A DNA stretch of 64,000 nucleotides from Eubacteriales bacterium (GCA_045590715.1 JAZNRO010000049.1:1853-65852); one strand, 5' to 3'; counted from the stretch's first letter, positions 55,344 through 63,155 are shown. Translations and numbers: made by a program. Notes: generated from the sequence alone by a model not told the origin.

Positions 55344-56108
55344 TTATCCCTCCTTTAGAAGATCCAGAAACGGGTTACTGCTCGCCGTCGGCTTAGCTTT
55401 CTGCTCGTCGTTCTTGGCCCATTTGAGGATCGCCAGATAATGCGACTTGTATTTGTAGCCTTTGAGCGCCAGCCCTTCCGATAACGCGTTGATTTTGTCC
55501 TCATAGTCGGTAGGGAATTTTTGTTGTAGTTTGGTGTATTCCTCGTCGGTGAGTAATACGTTTTTGTGTTCGCCGTGCTTGTGTTTTTTCGGAGCCGTAG
55601 GCGTAGAATTAGATATTTCTTTATCTTCTTCTTTTTCTTTTTCTTCTTCTATATCTGTTGCGTGACACTCCGTGACAGTCACGTGACTGGTCACGTGACA
55701 GTCACGTGACATATCTCCAAGGGGTCTTTCCTTCTCCCTCTGCTTTTGTTTTCGGAGGCGATTTTGTTCGCGGATCGTTTCCAGCCCGTCTAAATTTTGA
55801 TACTCACCCCAGCCAGCAATGGAAAAGAAACCGTCCTTTGCTACGATCATGTTCAGCTGATCCAGTACCTCGATACCGAGGATCACCGTGTTTTCTTCAA
55901 AACCTAGCTCGTCGGCTAGCATTTTTGTTGTGTACGGTATGTTTTCTGTTAAGAAGATCATACCGCCCGCGTTGCACCGTCCCGCCATAGTGAGGAGCAT
56001 TATCCAAAGCAGTACGATATTGTTACCGTCGGGGAGTCTCCGTAAATGCTTTATTTTTCTGTTGTCAAACATATCCGTAGTAAGTTTGATCCACTTAACG
56101 TCCGCCAC
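55344..56108 (-). CDS. Phage replisome organizer (N-terminal origin-binding domain family)
   Basis: 254 aa. MADVKWIKLTTDMFDNRKIKHLRRLPDGNNIVLLWIMLLTMAGRCNAGG is typical of the replisome-organizer N-terminal region. Carries internal iterons. Confidence 0.8.
   Translation of the reverse strand: MADVKWIKLTTDMFDNRKIKHLRRLPDGNNIVLLWIMLLTMAGRCNAGGMIFLTENIPYTTKMLADELGFEENTVILGIEVLDQLNMIVAKDGFFSIAGWGEYQNLDGLETIREQNRLRKQKQREKERPLGDMSRDCHVTSHVTVTECHATDIEEEKEKEEDKEISNSTPTAPKKHKHGEHKNVLLTDEEYTKLQQKFPTDYEDKINALSEGLALKGYKYKSHYLAILKWAKNDEQKAKPTASSNPFLDLLKEG
55661..55710. repeat. Iteron array (candidate phage origin) inside the replisome-organizer gene
   Basis: CGTGAC x5 at 10-12 bp spacing. Three copies sit in perfect palindromes GTCACGTGAC (55678, 55690, 55701). 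The adjacent CT-rich tract 55621-55655 could serve as an unwinding element. Confidence 0.7.
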
Positions 56109-56469
56109 CGTTTGCCACCCCTCCCTCGATATATTCCTCTAGGCGCTGTTTTACCTCAAAGGCTTTGTATAGTTTCATAAAGTCGTCCAATTCCATTGTT
56201 ACCAGCCACCCGCACCGATTTTTTCTGTGAAACACGGTAGGGAAGTCTCCGTTCTTCGCGTCCCGCTTGGCTTGGTCCATAGCGTTGTATAAATTCAACT
56301 GTTCCACCCTTTTACATTCAATATGAATGTTCGGGAGGCCCAGAACGTCGGCTTGTCCGTCCTTGCCGTTATACTGGACGCTACGCTTTGTATCGTAGCC
56401 GTATTCCTTTAATTTGTGGGCCAGCTCTAATTCACCAGCCTTTCCCTTTTGTCTGCTGTTAATAGGCAT
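56095..56469 (-). CDS. PD-(D/E)xK Holliday-junction-resolvase-like nuclease
   Basis: About 124 aa from ATG 56469 (RBS AGGAGG). MPINSRQKGKAGELELAH...DV....IECK motif set. Confidence 0.55.
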   Translation of the reverse strand: MPINSRQKGKAGELELAHKLKEYGYDTKRSVQYNGKDGQADVLGLPNIHIECKRVEQLNLYNAMDQAKRDAKNGDFPTVFHRKNRCGWLVTMELDDFMKLYKAFEVKQRLEEYIEGGVANGGGR

Positions 56470-56484
56470 TACGCCCACCTCCTG

Positions 56485-56889
56485 TTAGAATGGTAAGTCC
56501 TGTTCGCTGGTCATTTCCTCAAACTGTGTCTCGTTCCCGCCGTAGGGTACGCTCGGCGCGCCGGTTTTCTTGCTGTCTACAAACTGCGCCTCGTCTGCGA
56601 TTACCTCGGTAGCGTAGCGCTTGTTTCCGTTGCCGTCCGTCCAACTGCGGGTCTGGATCTCGCCTTTAATAAAAATCGCGCTACCTTTTTTGAAATACTT
56701 TGCGATAAATTCCGCGGTATTCCTCCACGCTACGACATTGATAAAGTCGGCTTGCTGTTCCTCGCCCTTGGAGTATCTTCTGTTCACCGCGATAGTAAAT
56801 GTGGTTACTGCCACGCCGTTGGTGGTCTGTTTCAGTTCGGGATCTGCTGTCAGTCTGCCGATCAGCATTGTTACGTTCAAATTTGCCAT
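56485..56889 (-). CDS. ssb: Single-stranded DNA-binding protein
   Basis: 134 aa. MANLNVTMLIGRLTADPELKQT..G..V..F.IAVNR OB-fold. Acidic tail ...EQDLPF. Confidence 0.9.
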   Translation of the reverse strand: MANLNVTMLIGRLTADPELKQTTNGVAVTTFTIAVNRRYSKGEEQQADFINVVAWRNTAEFIAKYFKKGSAIFIKGEIQTRSWTDGNGNKRYATEVIADEAQFVDSKKTGAPSVPYGGNETQFEEMTSEQDLPF

Positions 56890-56905
56890 TTTGTTTTCTC
56901 CTTTG

Positions 56906-57193
56906 TTATAAATAATTTTTTCCGAATATGGAGCGGAAGTCGTCCACGCTCCAGTTATAATGTTCCATTGCTTTCTGTTGCGCCTTTGCTTGTAGGCGTT
57001 TTCTTAATTTTGCGTTAAAATGTACGCCGTGTGGTGGCTCGTTGTGGTGGTTATGACATAGCCACACTTTGAGGCCGTACCGCTCGCTTAATTTCCTGTT
57101 GGGGTTGCCTCCAAATACGTGGTGGCACTCCAGCCAGATCGTACTACCGCAGATATAGCACTTTTTATCTGTTTGTATGATAGATTTAGCCAT
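56906..57193 (-). CDS. HNH-motif zinc-finger protein
   Basis: 95 aa. CYICGS....ECHHVF....LCHNHHN pattern. Confidence 0.5.
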   Translation of the reverse strand: MAKSIIQTDKKCYICGSTIWLECHHVFGGNPNRKLSERYGLKVWLCHNHHNEPPHGVHFNAKLRKRLQAKAQQKAMEHYNWSVDDFRSIFGKNYL

Positions 57194-57713
57194 TGTCCCA
57201 TAGGCTTTTTAGCTTTGCGATTTCCTCTGGCGTGCGGGTATCTATATCCAGATCCTTTGCCTCTTGCACGATACCGTCTATGAAAACAGCCATTTCCCGC
57301 TTGTCAAAGTCGCTACTGCCTTTGTATACCCTGTAATGCTTGAATAGGGTACCGTTGAGCGTGCTTTCTCCCGCCTCCTCGCAATACTTAACGTATTCGG
57401 TGATAGGGATATTAGCCTTGACGCTGATAAGCTCGCTCTGGCCGTATTCCTTTAGCATTTTGAAATATGCGTCCTCTTTGCTGATCCTCAAAACGTTACC
57501 GATCTCGGTTAATAGTTTCCAAGCGTAGGCGTTAGCATTAAGGGATCGCTTTTCGCGGTATTTGTCTATTTTTATTGATAGCCTGTCCGCGCCGTTTAGT
57601 TCATCGTAGCAGTTCATAGCCGACTGTTTTTGATTTACCGCCAGCGTTAAAAGAGCCTTTCCTGTTTTGTAGTCTATGTTTAGTTCTTTGATCGTTCCAT
57701 GAAGATCGTACAT
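57186..57713 (-). CDS. Recombination/replication-associated phage protein (NinB-like / putative HNHc-type; RSLNANAYAW motif)
   Basis: 175 aa. The KRSLNANAYAWKLL motif is common in phage recombination-module proteins. The family assignment is tentative. Confidence 0.4.
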   Translation of the reverse strand: MYDLHGTIKELNIDYKTGKALLTLAVNQKQSAMNCYDELNGADRLSIKIDKYREKRSLNANAYAWKLLTEIGNVLRISKEDAYFKMLKEYGQSELISVKANIPITEYVKYCEEAGESTLNGTLFKHYRVYKGSSDFDKREMAVFIDGIVQEAKDLDIDTRTPEEIAKLKSLWDNG

Positions 57714-57714
57714 A

Positions 57715-58623
57715 TCAAGCGCCCTTCGGGAGGGTTACTTTTACAAAGCCAGCGCGTCCCGCCTTTTTCTTCTCGATATCGTGCCGGTACATTTCGTACA
57801 GCGCGGGGTTTTCTGCTTTGAATGTTTCGGCGTCAAACTCGGTAACGGTTTCCGTGGTGCTTTCCACCGCGTCTACTCGCGTGATCTTAATACCGCTGGG
57901 CGTTTCCCAAGTCTTAACGTTGTACTTGGTCATTGCCTCAAATAAAGCTTGTTTTACCTTCTTCTGCTCGGTCTCCAGCGCTTTATAATCAGCCATGCGT
58001 CGCTCGATCTCCACTACTTTTTTGGAGATAGCCACCAGTTCGTTTGGCTGGAAGTCCTGTTCGGATAAAAGCGGGTTATTTCTTAACCGCGCTAAATCGG
58101 CACGGAACCGCTCTATTTCGGCTTTTACCTCGTCTAGCGAGGATTTGTATACCTCGATATCGATATCAAACGTGGATAGCCTGTTCGCGTCAAAGGCGGG
58201 GTTAAAATCTTCGGGTCTGCTATATACCGCCAGCAGTCCTTTTTTTACTCCGTACAAGTCCATATAGAAAAGCAACTGCACCAAGTATTTTTTGTATTTG
58301 TCTACCGTGTCGTGAATATTTGAAGTAGTTTTGATTTCGAGAATAGCGTCGCCGTTAAAGCCGTCGCAGTTCCCGCGCAGATCGTCGATAATCGTTTGCG
58401 CTGGTGCGAAAGTCGTCGCGCGCTCGGTGTTGATATAATCGCGAATTTTGGGTTCCATAACGTCGCCGTACTCGGTGTATTTATTGCCCGCGAAGTCGCT
58501 CTGGATCAGTCCCGCCTTTTCCTGTAACAGTTCCCAGCGGGTCGTAAATGGGCTAATCCCCATAATAATCGGGATATCCGAGCCTCCGATATATTTGTCT
58601 CTGTCTATTGTTACGTCGATCAT
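57715..58623 (-). CDS. YqaJ-like (lambda Exo-type) recombination exonuclease
   Basis: 302 aa. ...YIGGSDIPIIMGISPFTTRWELLQEKAG... and D...E.K PD-(D/E)xK core. Confidence 0.8.
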   Translation of the reverse strand: MIDVTIDRDKYIGGSDIPIIMGISPFTTRWELLQEKAGLIQSDFAGNKYTEYGDVMEPKIRDYINTERATTFAPAQTIIDDLRGNCDGFNGDAILEIKTTSNIHDTVDKYKKYLVQLLFYMDLYGVKKGLLAVYSRPEDFNPAFDANRLSTFDIDIEVYKSSLDEVKAEIERFRADLARLRNNPLLSEQDFQPNELVAISKKVVEIERRMADYKALETEQKKVKQALFEAMTKYNVKTWETPSGIKITRVDAVESTTETVTEFDAETFKAENPALYEMYRHDIEKKKAGRAGFVKVTLPKGA

Positions 58624-58624
58624 A

Positions 58625-59290
58625 TTAGCCCTCCAACTCTGCCAACAGCGCTGTATAGGTTTCTGCTGTGGTTTCTTTATTCAGTCCCTTTTCGGTAGCG
58701 TAGGCGTTCTTATCAATTCCCAGCTCGTCAAGCTTTGCGATCAATAACTCGCGCGGGGTTTTCTGTTTGCCTTTAGCGGCGGGCTTTGCTTGCTCAAAAG
58801 TCGGCGCGTGACCACCTTCTTTTTTAGGCTCGCCTTCGAGATTGTCATATTTAGTACCGCCAGCCGACCAGTAAACGTTTGCACCGATACCTAAAGCCTT
58901 ACAGGCTACTGATAAGGCGTCTGTTAATGCCATTTTGAAACATTCGTCATTTGTATACTTACCATTTCTCTCAACCGATACAAATTGGCTACCGCCTGTA
59001 CCCTGTATAGCCTCACTCCATTCCCCTTTGACTTTTACAAACAAGTCGATATTTACAAACGCACACACTGTACCGTCCGCACCCTCGTGCAAATTCTTTT
59101 CCGTAATAATGTATTTCCAGCCAAAGCCGACAGGCCCGAAAAGTTCTGTCAGCACTTTTATACGCCACATAGGGTTAATATCTGTCATACCCTTAATACG
59201 TCCCGCCGTGATAGTTTTTTGTGCCTCTTTTGGCACCTCGGCGACTTTGTTGTAAATTGAAAGATTCTCATAATTTGAAATGTTACTCAT
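58625..59290 (-). CDS. Rad52/Sak-type single-strand annealing protein
   Basis: 221 aa. ...GMTDINPMWRIKVLTELFGPVGFGWKY... is typical of the DUF1071/Sak (Rad52-like) SSAP family. Paired with the exonuclease. Confidence 0.7.
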   Translation of the reverse strand: MSNISNYENLSIYNKVAEVPKEAQKTITAGRIKGMTDINPMWRIKVLTELFGPVGFGWKYIITEKNLHEGADGTVCAFVNIDLFVKVKGEWSEAIQGTGGSQFVSVERNGKYTNDECFKMALTDALSVACKALGIGANVYWSAGGTKYDNLEGEPKKEGGHAPTFEQAKPAAKGKQKTPRELLIAKLDELGIDKNAYATEKGLNKETTAETYTALLAELEG

Positions 59291-59292
59291 AT

Positions 59293-59511
59293 TTAGACCG
59301 CCTTTTCAATTAAATAGTACTTTACGAAATGTACGGGCTTTCCGTATCTGTTCTGCGCCCGCTGTGGCTCCGTTCTAAAATCGTAGCCCTTGGCTTTTAA
59401 TTCCTTGATCCGCGTTGCTAATTGAGTAATACCCAGATCAGCGTAGGCTTGGAAAGACGTTATGCTACCAAAGTCAGCTAAATATTTGAGGATCAGTTCT
59501 TTTTGACTCAT
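59293..59511 (-). CDS. Small winged-helix DNA-binding protein
   Basis: 72 aa. ...ILKYLADFGSITSFQAYADLGITQLATRIKELKAKGY. Confidence 0.5.
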   Translation of the reverse strand: MSQKELILKYLADFGSITSFQAYADLGITQLATRIKELKAKGYDFRTEPQRAQNRYGKPVHFVKYYLIEKAV

Positions 59512-59686
59512 ATTGCTGTATTCCTTTCATTTGTTCTTCTTCCTCGTCACCGTAATACAGTTTCTGTAATACGCGCTCCGCAGATCTCTTGATCTCTTCT
59601 AACTGGATTTTGTTGTCTATTTCCGCAATGTCGGGAAAATGTACCCGAACCGTTGCGTTTGGATATTCAAATACCTGGTTTTGCAT
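59474..59686 (-). CDS. Phage hypothetical protein
   Basis: 70 aa. ...ATVRVHFPD...-type N-terminus is seen in Firmicutes mobile elements. Confidence 0.45.
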   Translation of the reverse strand: MQNQVFEYPNATVRVHFPDIAEIDNKIQLEEIKRSAERVLQKLYYGDEEEEQMKGIQQYESKRTDPQIFS

Positions 59687-59822
59687 ATCATCACCTCGTT
59701 ATGCTGTATGTTTTGATCGTTTGTCCCTATGCCCTTCGGGCTTGGTTATGTTTTGAAACGTTGGAGAAACGAAATATGCGCCATATTCTTTTTTGAGAAC
59801 GCGTTTTTCGCAACTTGTGGGA

Positions 59823-60038
59823 CTAAATTAAAGCTACACCAAGTAGCTCGTTTCTTTCTTCTGCTGTATTGAGTTTTAAAATCTCGCACAGTTTTAGGTA
59901 TTCGTCCATATAAATACGGCGCTTGTTGTGTAGTTTCTGGTTGAACGTTACGACGTTGATATTCATTAGTTTCGCTACGTCGGGCTGTGTCAGTCCTAAT
60001 AGGATCATGCGCGCCTTGACTTTTCTTGTGTTGATCAT
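59823..60038 (-). CDS. Cro/antirepressor-like XRE-type HTH protein
   Basis: 71 aa. ...RMILLGLTQPDVAKLMNINVVTFNQKLHNKR. Confidence 0.6.
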   Translation of the reverse strand: MINTRKVKARMILLGLTQPDVAKLMNINVVTFNQKLHNKRRIYMDEYLKLCEILKLNTAEERNELLGVALI

Positions 60039-60053
60039 CGGATCACCTCCTTG

Positions 60054-60278
60054 TTATTTAGATAAAAGGTTAATAGTAGCTTTTAGCCTTGTGCGTTCGG
60101 TTTCCAGTTTTTCTTTCAGATCATATACCGTGTTTCCTAGATCGTCGTTTTCCGTTTCCAGTCGGTCGATCGCTCGATCCAGCCTTTCGCATTTGAAATT
60201 GTAATAAACCCAAATGCAGATCGTAACCGCCGTAAGGAAAAGCGTTATATAATAGAAAACGCCGTGGCAGAGACACAT
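60054..60278 (-). CDS. Small membrane-anchored coiled-coil protein
   Basis: 74 aa from ATG 60278 (RBS GAGGAGGTGG). N-terminal TM, then heptad-rich RLETENDDLGNTVYDLKEKLE. Confidence 0.5.
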   Translation of the reverse strand: MCLCHGVFYYITLFLTAVTICIWVYYNFKCERLDRAIDRLETENDDLGNTVYDLKEKLETERTRLKATINLLSK

Positions 60279-60279
60279 A

Positions 60280-60507
60280 TTATTCCACCTCCTCGCTGAA
60301 TTTGTCGAGCTTTTCAAGCATTTCAAACGTTACCCCAGCCTTTTCGAGTTCCTTTCCCATTTTCTCATAAGCCCGTAGAGTATATAAATACTTGCGTCGG
60401 CGGTATCGGATTTGTTCGTCCTTTCTCGCCAATTTTACGTGTTCGGAGTTTTTCAGCCTTTCGATCTCTTGCTCCACTTGCTCGTCGGATAACCAGTTTT
60501 TAGCCAT
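60280..60507 (-). CDS. First early-operon protein (75 aa), unknown function
   Basis: ATG 60507 with a GAGG RBS. The track start 60576 would overlap the early promoter -10. Confidence 0.5.
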   Translation of the reverse strand: MAKNWLSDEQVEQEIERLKNSEHVKLARKDEQIRYRRRKYLYTLRAYEKMGKELEKAGVTFEMLEKLDKFSEEVE

Positions 60508-60575
60508 TTGTCGTACCTCGTTCTTTCTTGTCGGTTTTTGTTGTAAATATTCGCGTTCTTGTTTACTGCACCACA

Positions 60576-60604
60576 ATTATAGTAAACAAATTCGCAACTG
60601 TCAA
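60576..60604 (-). promoter_or_regulatory. Early (lytic) promoter, perfect sigma-A consensus
   Basis: Minus strand: TTGACA, 17 nt, TATAAT, read directly. Confidence 0.75.
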
Positions 60605-60644
60605 TAGTTTTTTCAATTTTTTTTTGTACTTTTTTTAAAAACCA

Positions 60645-60673
60645 TTGATTTTAACCATTTTTAACGCTACAAT
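60645..60673 (+). promoter_or_regulatory. Repressor (lysogenic) promoter
   Basis: TTGATT, 17 nt, TACAAT; 58 nt upstream of the repressor ATG. Confidence 0.65.
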
Positions 60674-60730
60674 GTGTGTTACATAGTAAACACTATGGCG
60701 ACTGCGAAAGGAGGAATATGGAGGAATATT

Positions 60731-61090
60731 ATGAATATGCAGGTGTTTGCCGAACGGCTGAAAGAAACGCGCAAAGAAAAAATGATCTCGTCCAAAGAGC
60801 TTGGAGAGGCGGTAGGTATCCACAAGGCTACTATACACCGATACGAAAAAGCGGATTTTAAGGGGATAAAGGAGTCGTTGTTAAACGCCATAGCAGATTA
60901 CCTCAACGTAAACCCCGACTATTTAATCGGTGCAACGGATAACAAGCACACGGTTAAAGAGGCCGAGGATTTACTGGAAAATATTACAGACGGAGAAAAA
61001 ATGCTCCTTGAATTATTTAGGAAAGTTCCTGTTGAGAGTCAGCAGATGGTGCTTGATATGATACGGATCGTTCTAAAACAGCACCAATAA
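60731..61090 (+). CDS. XRE-family phage repressor (CI-like; no S24 peptidase domain)
   Basis: 119 aa from ATG 60731 (RBS GGAGG). ...FAERLKETRKEKMISSKELGEAVGIHKATIHRYEK HTH. Divergent from the early operon. Confidence 0.8.
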   Translation: MNMQVFAERLKETRKEKMISSKELGEAVGIHKATIHRYEKADFKGIKESLLNAIADYLNVNPDYLIGATDNKHTVKEAEDLLENITDGEKMLLELFRKVPVESQQMVLDMIRIVLKQHQ

Positions 61091-61172
61091 CAAGCACGGC
61101 GGTAAGCAAAGCCTGTTCTGGGTTTTCATTTTCGCGAATAAGGGTTAACAATTCTCTTTCGTTGCTTGTCAT
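61017..61172 (-). CDS. Small ORF (51 aa) convergent with, and overlapping, the repressor 3' end
   Basis: Strong RBS AAGGAG 8 nt before ATG 61172. MTSNERELLTLIRENENPEQALLTAVLVIGAVLE.... The last 74 nt are antisense to the repressor CDS. Confidence 0.4.
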   Translation of the reverse strand: MTSNERELLTLIRENENPEQALLTAVLVIGAVLERSVSYQAPSADSQQELS

Positions 61173-61381
61173 TTCGTTTTACTCCTTTTGAAAAAAATAT
61201 GTAGAACACGTGTTTGTGAAATCTTAATATTCACGGGCACTAATTCAAATGGTATTTGTTGGGGTAATTGTAAAACATTGCCAACTGTTTTGGCAATACG
61301 CAAATTCGGTCAATTTATGACCGAATAAGAAAAAAGCCTATTTAGAAGGTGATAAAAATTTGTCAATTAAGGTACTAAAAA

Positions 61382-61801
61382 ATGGTAAAAGACTACTTAA
61401 ACTCCTTGAAAAACAAGGGGAATTTCACGGCTAAAGATATAGAAAAAATGAGCGGTATTCCTGTGGCGACCGTTCGCAAAGTTTTATCGGGTGAGACCGA
61501 CGATCCCCGCTTTGATACGGTTGTAAAGCTCGTTTCTGCTATGGGAGGATCGCTAGACCACCTCGCAGAGAAGAAAGGTAAGAAGGAAATTGAGTCAAAT
61601 TCGATCGTAACCCTAAAGGAAATATACGACGAACGGATCAAGGATATAAAGGATCATACGAGCTCGTTGAGCAGAGACAAGCAAATCTTGTCTACTGTTG
61701 CGGGTGTGCTGGTTGCTATTCTTTTGGCTTTGCTTATTTTCGATATATCAATAAGCCCCCAAGGCTGGGTTCGTTATAAAAATAATACTGACACAAACTG
61801 A
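61382..61801 (+). CDS. XRE-type HTH protein with C-terminal transmembrane anchor
   Basis: 139 aa. ...FTAKDIEKMSGIPVATVRKVLSGE HTH. TM ILSTVAGVLVAILLALLIFDI near the C-terminus. Confidence 0.65.
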   Translation: MVKDYLNSLKNKGNFTAKDIEKMSGIPVATVRKVLSGETDDPRFDTVVKLVSAMGGSLDHLAEKKGKKEIESNSIVTLKEIYDERIKDIKDHTSSLSRDKQILSTVAGVLVAILLALLIFDISISPQGWVRYKNNTDTN

Positions 61802-61856
61802 CATAGACGGTCACACAATAACAAAACGTGTCAAAATACAAAAAGGAGGTTTATAT

Positions 61857-63155
61857 ATGCCTAAATGTACTCTGTGTGGTAAATCTGGATTTTTTTTAAA
61901 AACTAATGTTGAGGGTATGTGTCCCGATTGTCAAACAAAAACTCTACAAGAATTAAGAGAGGCACTAACGCCAGAACAACAAGATATTTTTAAACTTAAA
62001 AATGAAATACAGCGTTTGAATGATGAGGTGTCTAGCCTAAATAACCGAATATCTACGCAAACAGCCTCGCTGAATGAAACAGAAACGGAGTTAGAAGAAA
62101 AGAAACAGCAACTAATAGAAACAAACGAAACTATTTTATTGCAGTCCTTTGGCCTTTACGAGCCTAAATATAGTTTTACTAGTTCGGAACAATACAAACA
62201 GCGTTTAGACAAAATACGAGCAGAGCAAAAGGAAAGCATAAAAAACAAGACTGCCGTTACTGGTCTTACAAACTGGACTGTCAACGGTAGTGCGTCGCAA
62301 GGGCGAACAATGGTAAACAATATGCAAAAGCTTTTATTAAGAGCTTTTAACAGCGAGTGCGACGAAATCATAGAAAAGGTTAAATATAGCAACTATGACT
62401 CTTCTGTAAAACGCATAAACTCCTCTATAAACGCTATTTCAAAGCTTGGTAAAATGATGGGTATTTCTATTTCTGGGGCGTATGGTAGATTAAAACTGGC
62501 AGAGTTAGATCTGGCTTTTGAATATCAGCAAAAAAAGCAACAGGAGAAAGAAGAACAAAAAGAATTAAAAGCGCAAATGCGCGAAGAGGCAAAACTGCAA
62601 AAAGAATTAGAAATGGAACGCAGAATTGTCGAAAAGCAACAAACCCACTACTATAACGCGCTTGAAAAAGTAAACAAGCAATTACTCGAACAGCCGGACA
62701 ATATTGAGCTATTAGAGAGGAAGAGAACGCTTGAAGAAAACCTATCACAAACCGAGCAAGCACTAAAAAATCTCGATTATCGAGAGGCAAATAAAAAAGC
62801 GGGATATGTATATATAATCTCTAATATTGGCGCTTTTGGTGAGAACGTCTACAAAATTGGCATGACACGCCGTCTTGATCCACAAGAAAGAATTGACGAA
62901 TTGGGCGATGCCTCGGTTCCGTTTAAGTTTGACGTACACGCTATGATTTTTTCAGAGGACGCTCCAGCGCTTGAAAACGCGTTGCACCACGCTTTCGAGA
63001 ATAAAAGATTAAATAAAGTGAACGCACGCAAAGAGTTTTTTAACGTTACACTTGACGAGATAAAAGAAGTTATAAAGGCTAATTACGATAAAACAGCAGA
63101 ATTTATAGAAATTGCAGAGGCAGAGCAATATAGAATTTCTTTAAAATTAAACTGA
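61857..63155 (+). CDS. Zn-ribbon / coiled-coil / DUF4041 / T5orf172 (GIY-YIG-like) nuclease-domain protein
   Basis: 432 aa. CTLCGK..CPDC ribbon, heptad-rich aa 30-95, FGLYEPKYSF...WTVNGSASQG core, C-terminal GYVYIISN..NVYKIGMTRRLDPQERIDELG...EFF motif. RBS AAAGGAGG. Confidence 0.75.
   Translation: MPKCTLCGKSGFFLKTNVEGMCPDCQTKTLQELREALTPEQQDIFKLKNEIQRLNDEVSSLNNRISTQTASLNETETELEEKKQQLIETNETILLQSFGLYEPKYSFTSSEQYKQRLDKIRAEQKESIKNKTAVTGLTNWTVNGSASQGRTMVNNMQKLLLRAFNSECDEIIEKVKYSNYDSSVKRINSSINAISKLGKMMGISISGAYGRLKLAELDLAFEYQQKKQQEKEEQKELKAQMREEAKLQKELEMERRIVEKQQTHYYNALEKVNKQLLEQPDNIELLERKRTLEENLSQTEQALKNLDYREANKKAGYVYIISNIGAFGENVYKIGMTRRLDPQERIDELGDASVPFKFDVHAMIFSEDAPALENALHHAFENKRLNKVNARKEFFNVTLDEIKEVIKANYDKTAEFIEIAEAEQYRISLKLN

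Noticed and set aside
59773-59787. Small inverted repeat AATATG-cgc-CATATT in the 136-nt gap inside the early operon
   Set aside because: It is only 6-bp arms in AT-rich DNA, easily due to chance. No associated promoter or terminator could be supported.
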